A stretch of DNA of 62,778 nucleotides, taken from NCBI GenBank assembly GCA_051747805.1, contig JBNJGP010000003.1, positions 1 through 62,778 of the forward strand, written 5' to 3'. Every line of letters begins with the position of its first letter. The stretch's first letter is position 1. The notes beneath the pieces were generated by a model that worked only from the letters and a program-made list of their open reading frames with translations, did not search any database and had not been told where the DNA came from. The translations under genes were made by a program, and so were the position numbers. Of the stretch, positions 1 through 10,025 are shown one piece after another. This stretch comes from Candidatus Muiribacteriota bacterium. Lineage in GTDB: Bacteria > Muiribacteriota > Muiribacteriia > Muiribacteriales > Muiribacteriaceae.

Positions 1-405
1 TCCCAGCGCCGCTACCATTTCTTTTACAAATTCTCTGGTATAAACCTGATGATGTGGTATTTTTAAGTCTGGATTTTCTATATTATAATCTTCAAAAAAA
101 AGAATATCTATATCTATTTCTCTCTCTCCCCACTTATGGGTTGTGCTTCTGCCTATTTCTTTTTCAATTATTTTAATTTTCTTTAAAATTGTCTCTGGAG
201 AAAATGTAGATTTAACCCCAATAAGCTGATTCAAAAAGTTATTCTGATTAACTACACCAACTGGTTTAGTACATTTAATAAGTCCTTGAATATAAATATC
301 ACCTAATTCTTTTTCTATGTAATTACGCGCCTCTTTTAAAAAAAAAGCGCTGTCACCTTTATTTGAACCAAGTAAAAATAATACTCTAAAATTCTTTTTA
401 TTCAT
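1..405 (-). CDS. folK: 2-amino-4-hydroxy-6-hydroxymethyldihydropteridine diphosphokinase (HPPK), 3' end runs off the window
   Basis: Not in the ORF track; translated by hand from ATG at 405: MNKKNFRVLFLLGSNKGD...WGEREIDIDIL...IPH, the HPPK motifs LGSN and R-x-I-D-I-D; follows folB. Confidence 0.9.
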   Translation of the reverse strand, partial: MNKKNFRVLFLLGSNKGDSAFFLKEARNYIEKELGDIYIQGLIKCTKPVGVVNQNNFLNQLIGVKSTFSPETILKKIKIIEKEIGRSTTHKWGEREIDIDILFFEDYNIENPDLKIPHHQVYTREFVKEMVAALG

Positions 406-428
406 GCTTTTCTCTTAATAAAAAATTT

Positions 429-800
429 TTATTCCTGTTCTTTTATTATTTCAATTTCGCTGTAGCCAGTCATCTCTGGAATAGGAACTTGTGGTTTTTT
501 CACACAAACTTTTATTTTTTGAACTATTTTATGGTTTGCCAGCACATAATCCGCTATTTTTTTAGCTAGTGATTCTATTAAAAAAAACTTAGTATGCTGT
601 ACCAGTTTTTTAATATTAATAAAAATCTCCTCGTAATTAATTGTATCATTTAAAGAATCTGAAATTGCTGCATTGTTTAAGTCAGCCTCCATTTCCAGTG
701 ATACAACAAACCGCTGTCCTACTTTCCTTTCAGCATCTCCAACACCATGATAACCATAAAAAACCATTTCATTAAGTCTTAATTTATAAAGAGTCGACAT
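429..800 (-). CDS. folB: Dihydroneopterin aldolase
   Basis: FYGYHGV, GQRFVVSLE, TINYEE, LIESLA motifs; position in the fol operon. Confidence 0.93.
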   Translation of the reverse strand: MSTLYKLRLNEMVFYGYHGVGDAERKVGQRFVVSLEMEADLNNAAISDSLNDTINYEEIFINIKKLVQHTKFFLIESLAKKIADYVLANHKIVQKIKVCVKKPQVPIPEMTGYSEIEIIKEQE

Positions 801-1975
801 TAAAAATCTCCTTTAAAAAACCAATCTGAATGTAATTTCATATTATGAACTCTTAAAAAATTAACCCCTTCAAAATACATTTTCTGCGAGAGAAGAAGTG
901 TATACATATCTTTTTGATAGTTGTTTTCAAGATTGAAAGTTTTTTTTAAAAAACTTTTTCTTGAACCTCCCACTAGAAGCGGGGAGCCCAGTTTCCTGAA
1001 CGAGTTTATTCTTGAAATAATTTCCCAGTTCTGCTTAACAGTTTTACCAAAACCGATGCCGGGGTCAATAATTATTTTTTTTGAATCATTTAAAACTTCA
1101 TGTAACTGATTATAAGAGTTTTCAATTTCAGTTAAAATATCAGAAACTATATTATTATAGTCTGTTTTTTGCTGCATATTTTCAGGGTTTCCTCTCATAT
1201 GCATTAAAACAAATGGACATTTCCAGCGTTTAACTAAATCTATCATTTTATCCGGGAGATTAACTCCGGATATACAATTAATAATATCGGCTCCTGCCTC
1301 AAAAGCTCTGTCGGCAACCTCGGGTTTACATGTATCTATAGAAATTGGTATGGGGGATATTTTTCTTATTTGTTTTATAATAGGAATTACCCTTTTTAAT
1401 TCTTCCTCAACCGAGACAGAAGCTGCACCCGGTCTTGAAGATTCTCCTCCAATATCAATAATAGAAACATTATTTTCAATCATTTCTTCTGCATTTTTTA
1501 AGGCTCTGGAAACATTGTAATTTTCTCCTCCGTCTGAAAAAGAATCTGGAGTTGTATTAATAATTCCCATAAAATAAGTTTGATTATTAATAAAAGTATA
1601 GTCCCTTACTTTAAAAAGTGTTTTATGGGCAATACTTTTAAGATAATTTTCAATTAATTTTAACTCTTTAAATAGAAAGCGCTGTTTTTGAATTTTAGAA
1701 ATTAATTTTTCGAAATTTCTTTCTGTTCCTGTTAAATAAACATCTGCCTTTTTAATACTTCCTCTCACTGCATCTGCCGGCAAAGCAGCATCACCGCCGC
1801 ATACAAGCATATCCTGTTTTAAAACAAGGGCTTTTGCAAGTGAAATACTTTTTAGCTCAACAACATAGCTCTTAAGCTTTTGTGATAATATTAACCTGCC
1901 TTCTGGGCTTACCTGATTTTCTTTAAAAAGAGATTTTAATAAATTTGTGTTGTTTGAAGCATTAAAAAAATTCAT
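800..1975 (-). CDS. folP: Dihydropteroate synthase with ~125-aa N-terminal extension (Helicobacter-type long FolP)
   Basis: MGIINTTPDSFSDGG, IDIGGESSRPG, DPGIGFGK, GSRKSF, LRVH motifs; N-terminal LVLKQDMLVCGGDAA extension. Confidence 0.93.
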   Translation of the reverse strand: MNFFNASNNTNLLKSLFKENQVSPEGRLILSQKLKSYVVELKSISLAKALVLKQDMLVCGGDAALPADAVRGSIKKADVYLTGTERNFEKLISKIQKQRFLFKELKLIENYLKSIAHKTLFKVRDYTFINNQTYFMGIINTTPDSFSDGGENYNVSRALKNAEEMIENNVSIIDIGGESSRPGAASVSVEEELKRVIPIIKQIRKISPIPISIDTCKPEVADRAFEAGADIINCISGVNLPDKMIDLVKRWKCPFVLMHMRGNPENMQQKTDYNNIVSDILTEIENSYNQLHEVLNDSKKIIIDPGIGFGKTVKQNWEIISRINSFRKLGSPLLVGGSRKSFLKKTFNLENNYQKDMYTLLLSQKMYFEGVNFLRVHNMKLHSDWFFKGDF

Positions 1976-1982
1976 TTTTTAT

Positions 1983-2543
1983 CTATTTTCCATATATCAA
2001 GGACATGGCCTCGTTTCTGGCCGCAATATCATTTTGAAAAATTCCTCTTACAGCCGAGGTTACTGTATGGGCTCCTGGAGTTTTTACCCCCCTGATTGTC
2101 ATACACATGTGTTCTGCAGAAATAACCACCATTACCCCAAGGGGATTTAATATTTTCATAATAGAATCAGCTATATCAGTAGTAAGTCTTTCCTGAAGCT
2201 GTAATCGTTTTGAAAAAACATTAACAAGTCTGGCAAGTTTCGACAATCCAGTAATCTGATTATTTTTAGGAATATAAACTACATGCGCTTTCCCTGTAAA
2301 AGGCATCATATGATGTTCACACATAGAAGAAAAAGGAATATCTTTAACTATTATCATCTCATCATGTGGCTCATTAAAAAAAATCTTTAAAATATTTTCA
2401 GGTTTTTCCTGAATTCCTGAAAAAAGTTCTTCATACATACGCGCAACCCTGTCGGGAGTGTCTTTAAGACCCTCCCGCTGAGGATTTTCACCTACTGCCT
2501 CAAGAATATCGCCAACTGCTTTTTTTATTTTTTCTTTATTCAT
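1983..2543 (-). CDS. folE: GTP cyclohydrolase I
   Basis: [44 protein letters not shown]; true start most likely ATG at 2543 (MNKEKIKK), overlapping the ftsH stop by 8 nt. Confidence 0.95.
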   Translation of the reverse strand: MNKEKIKKAVGDILEAVGENPQREGLKDTPDRVARMYEELFSGIQEKPENILKIFFNEPHDEMIIVKDIPFSSMCEHHMMPFTGKAHVVYIPKNNQITGLSKLARLVNVFSKRLQLQERLTTDIADSIMKILNPLGVMVVISAEHMCMTIRGVKTPGAHTVTSAVRGIFQNDIAARNEAMSLIYGK

Positions 2544-4467
2544 CTTCTGATGGTTTTTCCTTATCTTCAGATTCTTCCTTTTCTTCAGACTCTTTCGGTT
2601 CAACTTCTTCATTTTCAATTTCAGTAACTTTATTTTCTTCAAGTTCTTCACCGTCCATTAACTTATTAATCTGTTCACGGGAAAGAGTTTCAAATTTCAG
2701 TAATGCCACGGCAAGAGTTTCTAGTTTATCTTTATTTTCTGATATTATTTCTTTTGCACTATTATAACAATCAACAACAATTTTTTTAATTTCTTCATCA
2801 ATTTTCTGGGCCGTTGCCTCACTATAATCCTTGATCTGAGCCATTTCTTTGCCTAGGAATACATGCTGTTCTCTTTTTCCGAAGCTCAACGGACCAAATT
2901 CTTTACTCATTCCATAAACACAAACCATATTATGAGCAATATTTGTAGCAACAGCTATATCGTTTGAGGCACCGGTTGAAACAACATCAAAAACTATTTC
3001 TTCAGCAACCCTTCCACCCATTGCTTTTTTTATAATGCCATAAAACTGTTTTTCAGAATATAAATACCTGTCATCTTCCGGAATTGAGTGAGTAACCCCC
3101 AGCGCCCTTCCCCTGGGTATAATAGTTACTTTATGGAGAGGGTCACATTCTTTTACCATAAGTGAAATCAAAGCATGTCCGGCCTCATGATAGGCTGTTA
3201 TTTTCTTTTCATGTTCACTTATCACCTTGCTTTTTCTCTCAACTCCCATTGTCACTTTATCTCTTGCCTCTTCAAAATGTTTCTGTCCAATTTTCTTTAC
3301 ATTTTCTCTTGCAGCAAGTAAAGCTGCTTCATTTGCAAGATTTGCCAGATCTGCTCCTGATAATCCGGGAGTAGTTTTAGCAATTACTTTCAACTTAACT
3401 GTATCATCAAGCGGTATTTTTTTAGTATGAACTTTTAATATTTCATGTCTTCCTTTTATATCAGGTAAATCTACTACAATCTGTCTATCAAAACGTCCTG
3501 GTCTTAGCAAAGCAGGGTCTAATATATCTGGTCTATTTGTGGCCGCCATCACTACTATTCCGGTATTTGCCTCAAAACCATCCATATCAACCAGAAGCTG
3601 ATTAAGTGTTTGCTCTCTTTCATCATGACCGCCACCAAGACCGGCGCCTCTCTGACGACCAACAGCGTCAATTTCATCTATAAATACAATACATGGTTTT
3701 CTTTTTTCAGCCTGTGTGAAAAGATCTCTAACTCTTGAGGCACCAACTCCAACAAACATTTCTACAAAATCAGAACCGGAAATATGTAAAAAAGGTACTT
3801 TTGCCTCGCCTGATACAGCACGAGCAAGAAGAGTTTTACCTGTTCCGGGAGGGCCTACAAGAAGCACTCCCTTTGGAATTTGTCCGCCAAGTTTCTGGAA
3901 TTTTTTCGGATCTTTTAAAAATTCAATTACCTCTTCAAGTTCTGCCTTGGATTCATCACATCCGGCAACATCCTTAAAGGTGGTTTTCTGGGCGGAAGGG
4001 TCGCTGAATTTTGCTTTACTCTTACCAAAGGACATTGCCTTTGAACCAGCTCCGTTCATTTTATTTAAGATATAAAACCATATCATTATAAAAAATATAA
4101 AAGGAAACCAGTTAACCAGAAGTTCAAACCACCATGTAGTTTCAGGCTCGGGTTTAGCAATTAAATTCTGCGACTGAAATTCATCCAGTTCATCTGCTAA
4201 AATTTCAGAAAACATAGGGTGAATGGCTGTTTCAAACTTTTTAAAATCCATTCCTGTTGCGGGGTCAGTTTGCGGAGTAGAAAACTCACCTTTAACGTTC
4301 ATTCCTATAATTTCAAGCTTAGTAATATTGCCTGACCTGATTGTATCCTTAAACTCGCTGTATGATAACTCTTTAATTGCTTCATGAGTTAAAAAGTTGT
4401 TAAGTATAATAACTATTATAATTATTATTAATGCGTAAAATAAGACGTTTTTCATTCTTTTATCCAA
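2536..4467 (-). CDS. ftsH: ATP-dependent zinc metalloprotease FtsH
   Basis: Two N-terminal TM segments, Walker A GPPGTGKT, Walker B IVFIDEID, second region of homology, HEAGH zinc motif; TTG start with AGGAGG about 5 nt upstream; acidic tail. Confidence 0.97.
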   Translation of the reverse strand: MDKRMKNVLFYALIIIIIVIILNNFLTHEAIKELSYSEFKDTIRSGNITKLEIIGMNVKGEFSTPQTDPATGMDFKKFETAIHPMFSEILADELDEFQSQNLIAKPEPETTWWFELLVNWFPFIFFIMIWFYILNKMNGAGSKAMSFGKSKAKFSDPSAQKTTFKDVAGCDESKAELEEVIEFLKDPKKFQKLGGQIPKGVLLVGPPGTGKTLLARAVSGEAKVPFLHISGSDFVEMFVGVGASRVRDLFTQAEKRKPCIVFIDEIDAVGRQRGAGLGGGHDEREQTLNQLLVDMDGFEANTGIVVMAATNRPDILDPALLRPGRFDRQIVVDLPDIKGRHEILKVHTKKIPLDDTVKLKVIAKTTPGLSGADLANLANEAALLAARENVKKIGQKHFEEARDKVTMGVERKSKVISEHEKKITAYHEAGHALISLMVKECDPLHKVTIIPRGRALGVTHSIPEDDRYLYSEKQFYGIIKKAMGGRVAEEIVFDVVSTGASNDIAVATNIAHNMVCVYGMSKEFGPLSFGKREQHVFLGKEMAQIKDYSEATAQKIDEEIKKIVVDCYNSAKEIISENKDKLETLAVALLKFETLSREQINKLMDGEELEENKVTEIENEEVEPKESEEKEESEDKEKPSEDE

Positions 4468-5786
4468 AAGAGCCTCCTCTTAAATTTTAATACTAAATCT
4501 GTTTTTTTAAATTTTTTTATAAAAACCCCCGGTATCCAGATAATATTATTTTCAGAATCTGTCAATACAGGAATTCTATTTCTGATTAGTTTATTAATTT
4601 TTTTATCAATAAGCAACTTTTTCAGGGATTTATTTTTCGATATTTTATCACCCTTTTTTCGATGTCGCAACATTAAAGGCCATTTTAATTTTTTTGAGTT
4701 TATAGAAACAGAATTTTTTTCTATAAAAGAGACAGCTGACCTTGAAATCTTTATTAGTTGTGAGGAAAAATCAGAATCAGGAATTATTTCGTCTTCAAAA
4801 TCTGGATACTCCAGCTCAAAATAATCTTTATCAATTATTTCAAAGTATTTATAACAGTTAAAAAAAATGAAATTACTTAATATTATAAATTTTCCAGTAT
4901 TTTTTCCTGCCATTTTTATTATTTCGTTAATATTATTTCTATAAATACCCTTTTGTATTTTTAACTCCTTTTTAAAAAAATTATAAAAAAAAACTCTTTT
5001 TTTCCCTTTACTTATGCTGAAAAAATGTTTTTTAATAATGTATTTTTTATTTTTTTTTATTGTAAAAACAAAATCGTCAATACATCTATGATAAAACTCA
5101 AGAACCGCCTCTTCATAATCTGAGGCTCCTGAAGCCAGGTTTAAAATAGATTTTTTAATATTAGGGTTGATTTTTTGAATTGCGGGAAAAATTGAATTTC
5201 TAATCAGATTACGATTATACTTATTTTCAAAATTGGATTTATCCACACAAAAATCAATTTGTTCTTTTTTTAAAAAGTTTCTTATTTCCTGGGCCGACAA
5301 ATTTAAAACAGGCCGTAAAATTTTTTCATTATCCTTTTTTAATCCTCTTATACCACCTATACCGGCACCTCTTATTATGTTAAAAAAAACTGTTTCAGAA
5401 TTATCATCTGAATTATGAGCCACAGCTACTTTATCTAAATTTTTTTTTTCTAATAAATAATAAAAAAAATCATATCTATCATTTCTGGCCTTTTCCTGTA
5501 AATTATTTGTTTTAGAGTAATTAAGCTCTTTGTTAAAAAGAAAAACATTAAACTTTTCACACAATTTCTGGCAGAATTCAAGGTTTTGCCTTGAATCATC
5601 GCCCCTTAGATTATAATTAACGTGGGCGCAGCTTAAAAAGAAGTTTATTTTATTTTTAAGATTTAAAAAAACATGAAAAAGAAAAACAGAATCGGCTCCT
5701 CCAGATAAACCAAGGAGTATTTTATCATTTTTTTTTACAAGTTTATTTATTAGAAGTTCCTCAACAGTTTTTTCAATAAGTTTCAT
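4452..5786 (-). CDS. tilS: tRNA(Ile)-lysidine synthase
   Basis: PP-loop SGGADS, HVNYNLRG, AHNSDDNSET, RPVL, NRNLIRN, C-terminal TilS_C (LRHRKKGD...LKKLLID...RIPVL); upstream of ftsH. Confidence 0.95.
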   Translation of the reverse strand: MKLIEKTVEELLINKLVKKNDKILLGLSGGADSVFLFHVFLNLKNKINFFLSCAHVNYNLRGDDSRQNLEFCQKLCEKFNVFLFNKELNYSKTNNLQEKARNDRYDFFYYLLEKKNLDKVAVAHNSDDNSETVFFNIIRGAGIGGIRGLKKDNEKILRPVLNLSAQEIRNFLKKEQIDFCVDKSNFENKYNRNLIRNSIFPAIQKINPNIKKSILNLASGASDYEEAVLEFYHRCIDDFVFTIKKNKKYIIKKHFFSISKGKKRVFFYNFFKKELKIQKGIYRNNINEIIKMAGKNTGKFIILSNFIFFNCYKYFEIIDKDYFELEYPDFEDEIIPDSDFSSQLIKISRSAVSFIEKNSVSINSKKLKWPLMLRHRKKGDKISKNKSLKKLLIDKKINKLIRNRIPVLTDSENNIIWIPGVFIKKFKKTDLVLKFKRRLFWIKE

Positions 5787-6848
5787 TTACTGTTCAACAT
5801 TATCCTGATTTTCAGTTATTATTTCTTTATTTTTCTCATCAGCGTCCATAAGCTGTAATTCTTCACCAGCTGGTTCGCTTCTGTAAATAGCCCTGAAAAT
5901 TCTTTCAATTATAAATAGTATAAGAATAGGAACAAAAAAAGTATATCCAAAATATTCAACCCAGGACATATTAAAAGCCCTCTCTGAAGCAGCCGCAAAT
6001 CTATTTAAATTAAATAATATTAAAAGACAGCTAATCCATACAGTTACAAAATTTGGCCAGGCATCTGCAGAACGCATAAAATGAAGGCCGTTAAACCTCT
6101 CCTTGCTTATAGGCCAGTACAGGTTTGATCCCATATATCCCAGCTGATCTTCAAGCACATGTACACAAAATGCACCTGCAACAACAGTGCCATAAACCCA
6201 GGCATCAGGATTTCCAAGAAAATACATTATAAAATAAGCAAGTGCTCCAAAGAAAATACCAAGAGTAAGACTATGGCTCCATTTTCTATGCCAAGGAATA
6301 AACAAGGCTTCTACTTTATTTCCCAGTTTGCGGAAAGAAAAATCAGAACCACTGAAAATATCTATATAAGTTTTATCGTCATAAGAATGAAGAACGTGCG
6401 CGTTCAATTTAGCTCTGCCAACTTTTTTCCCCTGAAACTCAGTTCCAGGATATGGAAGTTTTGACATATTAACAACTGGTCCGATTTCCACAACAACCTC
6501 AGAGTTTTTATTGTCAAAATGAACGCTGTACTGTCTGTATAAATCAGCAGAAAGTTTGACTGAATGAAGCATTAAATTAACTTCAGTATCATTTTCATAA
6601 CTCTCATTTATAGCTTTGGCTACTACCTCGGCCATTTGCTGGGGGTCCATTTTTTCTGGATGAGGATCAACCTCATAGTCAAAAGATTGCATAAATTTTG
6701 CAAATTTAAAATCCAGCGTATCTGGTAATATTCCAAATAAACCTCCGATTGCGAGTATTATCGAATGCTCATTTGAACTCATTTGAACGGCTCTCTCAAT
6801 AAAAGTTGCCGCCGCTACTCCTGATATAAAATGTGAAATTCCTTTCAT
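5787..6848 (-). CDS. Membrane-bound metal-dependent hydrolase, YdjM/DUF457 family, with ~130-aa soluble insertion
   Basis: N-terminal SH, GILPDTLD, WHRKWSHS, HVLED, LYWP motifs with TM helices; start taken as ATG at 6848 (TAATG overlap with the upstream gene). Confidence 0.75.
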   Translation of the reverse strand: MKGISHFISGVAAATFIERAVQMSSNEHSIILAIGGLFGILPDTLDFKFAKFMQSFDYEVDPHPEKMDPQQMAEVVAKAINESYENDTEVNLMLHSVKLSADLYRQYSVHFDNKNSEVVVEIGPVVNMSKLPYPGTEFQGKKVGRAKLNAHVLHSYDDKTYIDIFSGSDFSFRKLGNKVEALFIPWHRKWSHSLTLGIFFGALAYFIMYFLGNPDAWVYGTVVAGAFCVHVLEDQLGYMGSNLYWPISKERFNGLHFMRSADAWPNFVTVWISCLLILFNLNRFAAASERAFNMSWVEYFGYTFFVPILILFIIERIFRAIYRSEPAGEELQLMDADEKNKEIITENQDNVEQ

Positions 6849-8164
6849 TATATTAACCCCAAAAATCCTGCAATCGCTGGACCACAACCCAGCATATTAC
6901 ATGTGATAGGAACAAGAAGTATTCCCATACAGTTCATTCTTCTTGAATGAAACATAACCGGAATTAACCCTATTCCAGTGCATACTATCATAATTGCAAT
7001 ACCATACCAGCCTGTTATACCAAGAACAATTAAAGTGATTATGGTAAGCGTTAGATAAGAAACATTCCTGTAATCGTATAGCTGAATGAATTTAATTGTA
7101 ACTTTTGATAAAAACAGCATTAAAACAAATGCTATAGCAGCAGAAATTCCAATATAACCAAGAATTCTATAATAAGGTTCAATTCCAAATGGTCTGTAAA
7201 TAGAGGAAGTCATCCAGGCCATACCCCCTCTTACCAGGGGAGAATTAGGAATAAACATTAATAAAAAAGCCCCTACATAGTAGGCAAATTTTGATACTCC
7301 CTGACTCATCACAAAAAGTCTTTCATCTCTCTGTGCGGTAGCATGACCGGCAAAAAGCCCTCCTATACCACCAGTAACAATAGGGAAAATTGCGGCAAAC
7401 ATTCCCCCAAGCATACCAGCTCCGGTTCCTCTTGAAACAAGCTCCCAGTTCATATTGATTGATTTAGCTATATGCTGCCTGGGTATGCTTGTATTTGATA
7501 TAATATTAGTTATAACCCAGGGAACGGCGTATAATCCAACAAAGGCAGGCATCAAATTCTGAAAAGCATACTCTTCGGGAACCATAGGTTTATAAATCAT
7601 AACAAAACCCAGTAATCCTGCAAGACACAAAGTAAAAAAACCTGCACTCATGGATTTCCAGCCGTTAATAAACTTCTGAAAAACAGTGCCTCTATCGCCG
7701 CCCTTCGGAAACTCTGAAACAATAATATAGGTGAGCACAACTGCGAGAATACCTCCCATATGAGACTGTAGAACTGTTCTTACAGTGCTTACAATCAAAG
7801 GTAAAAAAGGAGAAATCAACAGCATGGCAAAAGCAGCTCCAAGACCACCAATTCCAGTCAATACAGCAGCTTCAAACCCCCTACCCTGCATTAAATATTT
7901 CTGCCCCGGCAAAACCATAAACATTGCGGCTTCGTCAGGAGCACCTAAAAATATAGAGGGAACATTGTTTATAATTGAGTATCCAACAACCAGTCCAGTA
8001 ACGAGAGCAATAAAGTTTTCAGCACCAATAACAGAAATTTTTGTCCACAAAATAATAAGTAATCCTGCAACATTATATATATGTAATGCTGGAAGGCATG
8101 AAATAAAAGCCGAAAATAAGGTCCCAATTATTAGAAAAAACAACCCTGTTAGTAGAGGCTCCAT
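6848..8164 (-). CDS. TctA/DUF112-like (tripartite tricarboxylate transporter family) multi-pass permease, archaeal-type short form
   Basis: 438 aa, about 11-12 hydrophobic Gly-rich segments; LPALHIYN, VPSIFLGAPDE, MVLPGQKYLMQGRG resemble the TctA N-terminal signature. Confidence 0.7.
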   Translation of the reverse strand: MEPLLTGLFFLIIGTLFSAFISCLPALHIYNVAGLLIILWTKISVIGAENFIALVTGLVVGYSIINNVPSIFLGAPDEAAMFMVLPGQKYLMQGRGFEAAVLTGIGGLGAAFAMLLISPFLPLIVSTVRTVLQSHMGGILAVVLTYIIVSEFPKGGDRGTVFQKFINGWKSMSAGFFTLCLAGLLGFVMIYKPMVPEEYAFQNLMPAFVGLYAVPWVITNIISNTSIPRQHIAKSINMNWELVSRGTGAGMLGGMFAAIFPIVTGGIGGLFAGHATAQRDERLFVMSQGVSKFAYYVGAFLLMFIPNSPLVRGGMAWMTSSIYRPFGIEPYYRILGYIGISAAIAFVLMLFLSKVTIKFIQLYDYRNVSYLTLTIITLIVLGITGWYGIAIMIVCTGIGLIPVMFHSRRMNCMGILLVPITCNMLGCGPAIAGFLGLI

Positions 8165-9990
8165 TATCTAACCTCCTCAATATTTATCTGATTTGAATGA
8201 TTTGGAACAATCTCAATATCTCCTCTGAATACATCAACCTTTCCCTCAACAGTAATAAGCTGATTGTTGGAAAGATTACGAAGCTGCGGTTTATATTTTA
8301 TTATGTTATTCCATACAAGCAGAGTAACTCTTTCGTTATTATATCTCAAAGTATATTTTACGCCGTTATTTAGTTCGTCTCTGTCATAAACACGCCCTCT
8401 CAAATTTATAATCTCACCTTCCATTTCAGTTGTTATTTTATCAGTAAAAAATTCATCTTCAACCTGTACAGCTTTTGGAACTTCTTTTTGAACAACCTCT
8501 TTTTTATTAACTGTTAAATTTGAGGCCTCTTTTAAAACAAGCTGTGGTTCATCCCTGTATATCTCAACATAAGCTTTAACACTAACATGATAACCAGGCT
8601 CAAGATCTTCACTTAGATTTTTGATAACATCATCCCACATTATTAAATCAATTTCTCCATGAGCATACTCAAAAACACATTTTAATAAAGGGACACCGTT
8701 GGCTTCCAGATTAAATAACTCTTTAATATTACCGCTTACTTCTATAAACATTCCTTCGTCTTTCAGACTAATTTCCCTTTCTACTGTCCTCGCTTTTTTT
8801 TCAGGAATTTCATCAGTTTCGCCGGTCAGTTTAAAGTCCTGTGCAGTATTTAAAAGAAGTTGAAGCTGATTCTGAAAAACATTTGCCTGAATTACACCTT
8901 TAAAAAGGGCTCCTTTTCGCAAATCTGAGCCGTATATACTTCTTAAAGCCTCAAAAACATCATGCCAGATAGTCAAGCTGCTTCTATTCCCATATTCATC
9001 TACAATATTTATTTTATTAGGTGCCGCAGTTTCTGAGGGTTCAAGACTTTCTATAATTCCCTCAATTTCAAAATGCTGCCCCTCGTCTTCTGGGCGTATA
9101 TCAACAAACTCAACCTGTTCAATATTCATATAATCTGATATATCTTTACCCGGTTGAGGGGGGCTTTGAATTTCAAAGTTGGCAGGAAAATTTAAAAGAA
9201 GCTGTACATTATCTCTGAAAACATTAACTAAAATTCTTGACTTAAATTCAGCTCCAGGAGCAAAATCATTTCCCTCACGATTCATAATAATCTCAAGAAC
9301 ATTATCCCAGACAGTTAAATATCCTGTTTTACCCTCTTCTGACATGATAACAATTCTGCCTGGCCCAGTTCCGGTAGATGGTTCTATTCTTTTTATAATT
9401 CCAGAAATATAAAAATATCTTGATTCATCATGACTTGAAATTTCCCAGAAATTTTTATGTTGAATTTCTTCCCTGTCCTTAATTTTAAGATGTTGCGGAG
9501 CCTGTATAAAAAGAGATAAAGTTGATCCCTCATCCTTTATTCTAAAACTTCCAGAAATTTCAACTTCTTCCCCCGGAACAGGATCATTTCCAGCTTTAAG
9601 AATATCCTCTGCTATATTTGAATAAGCCATAATTCTGATTTCCTGATAACCTGTATCAACAGTAAAACTCAAACTACCAATACTACCAGACTCTCTGTAA
9701 AAAACATTAGGCTGGCCGACAACTTCTCCCTTAACTCTAACAAAAGCAAAATTCATAGTTTCGCTTATATGTTCATAATCAAGTTCCGGTATTTCTTTAT
9801 TAACTGCGGCAAGGTATATGAAAAAAACACCCATAACTGCAAGTATTAAGGAACCATATCTAAAAAATTTTAAACTTAACCTTTTATTTACTTCGGCCCC
9901 ACAGTAGGGACAACGTTCATAAGTTCCAGTAAATTTACCGCAACTGGGACAATGTGTTTCAACTGTTTCTTTTCTTTTATTTTTTGACAT
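8164..9990 (-). CDS. Membrane-anchored protein: N-terminal Zn ribbon, one TM helix, five tandem OB-fold-like repeats
   Basis: CPSC-x9-CPYC; hydrophobic segment at aa ~45-63; five ~90-aa repeats with G.I/V, L.(V/I)W.(D/N), (F/Y)R..(Q/E)(L/I) pattern typical of nucleic-acid-binding OB folds. Confidence 0.7.
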   Translation of the reverse strand: MSKNKRKETVETHCPSCGKFTGTYERCPYCGAEVNKRLSLKFFRYGSLILAVMGVFFIYLAAVNKEIPELDYEHISETMNFAFVRVKGEVVGQPNVFYRESGSIGSLSFTVDTGYQEIRIMAYSNIAEDILKAGNDPVPGEEVEISGSFRIKDEGSTLSLFIQAPQHLKIKDREEIQHKNFWEISSHDESRYFYISGIIKRIEPSTGTGPGRIVIMSEEGKTGYLTVWDNVLEIIMNREGNDFAPGAEFKSRILVNVFRDNVQLLLNFPANFEIQSPPQPGKDISDYMNIEQVEFVDIRPEDEGQHFEIEGIIESLEPSETAAPNKINIVDEYGNRSSLTIWHDVFEALRSIYGSDLRKGALFKGVIQANVFQNQLQLLLNTAQDFKLTGETDEIPEKKARTVEREISLKDEGMFIEVSGNIKELFNLEANGVPLLKCVFEYAHGEIDLIMWDDVIKNLSEDLEPGYHVSVKAYVEIYRDEPQLVLKEASNLTVNKKEVVQKEVPKAVQVEDEFFTDKITTEMEGEIINLRGRVYDRDELNNGVKYTLRYNNERVTLLVWNNIIKYKPQLRNLSNNQLITVEGKVDVFRGDIEIVPNHSNQINIEEVR

Positions 9991-10025
9991 TTTATTACCT
10001 TCCTTAAAAGAATTTCAATATTTGA

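Noticed and set aside
2544-2651. Lys-rich N-terminal extension of FolE in the ORF track
   Set aside because: It is the alternative frame of the acidic ftsH tail; the ATG at 2543 gives a normal-length FolE coupled to the ftsH stop
4950-5060. Long poly-A/T runs inside tilS as phase-variation tracts
   Set aside because: The frame is intact and such runs are everywhere in this AT-rich sequence (Lys/Phe/Asn codons)
6849-6887. Longer N-terminus (MWSSDCR...) for the YdjM hydrolase
   Set aside because: It overlaps the TctA-like gene; the ATG at 6848 gives TAATG coupling and the family-typical N-terminal His
6848-8164. Calling the permease a citrate transporter tctA
   Set aside because: No tctB or tctC nearby and it is the short archaeal-type form; the substrate cannot be assigned
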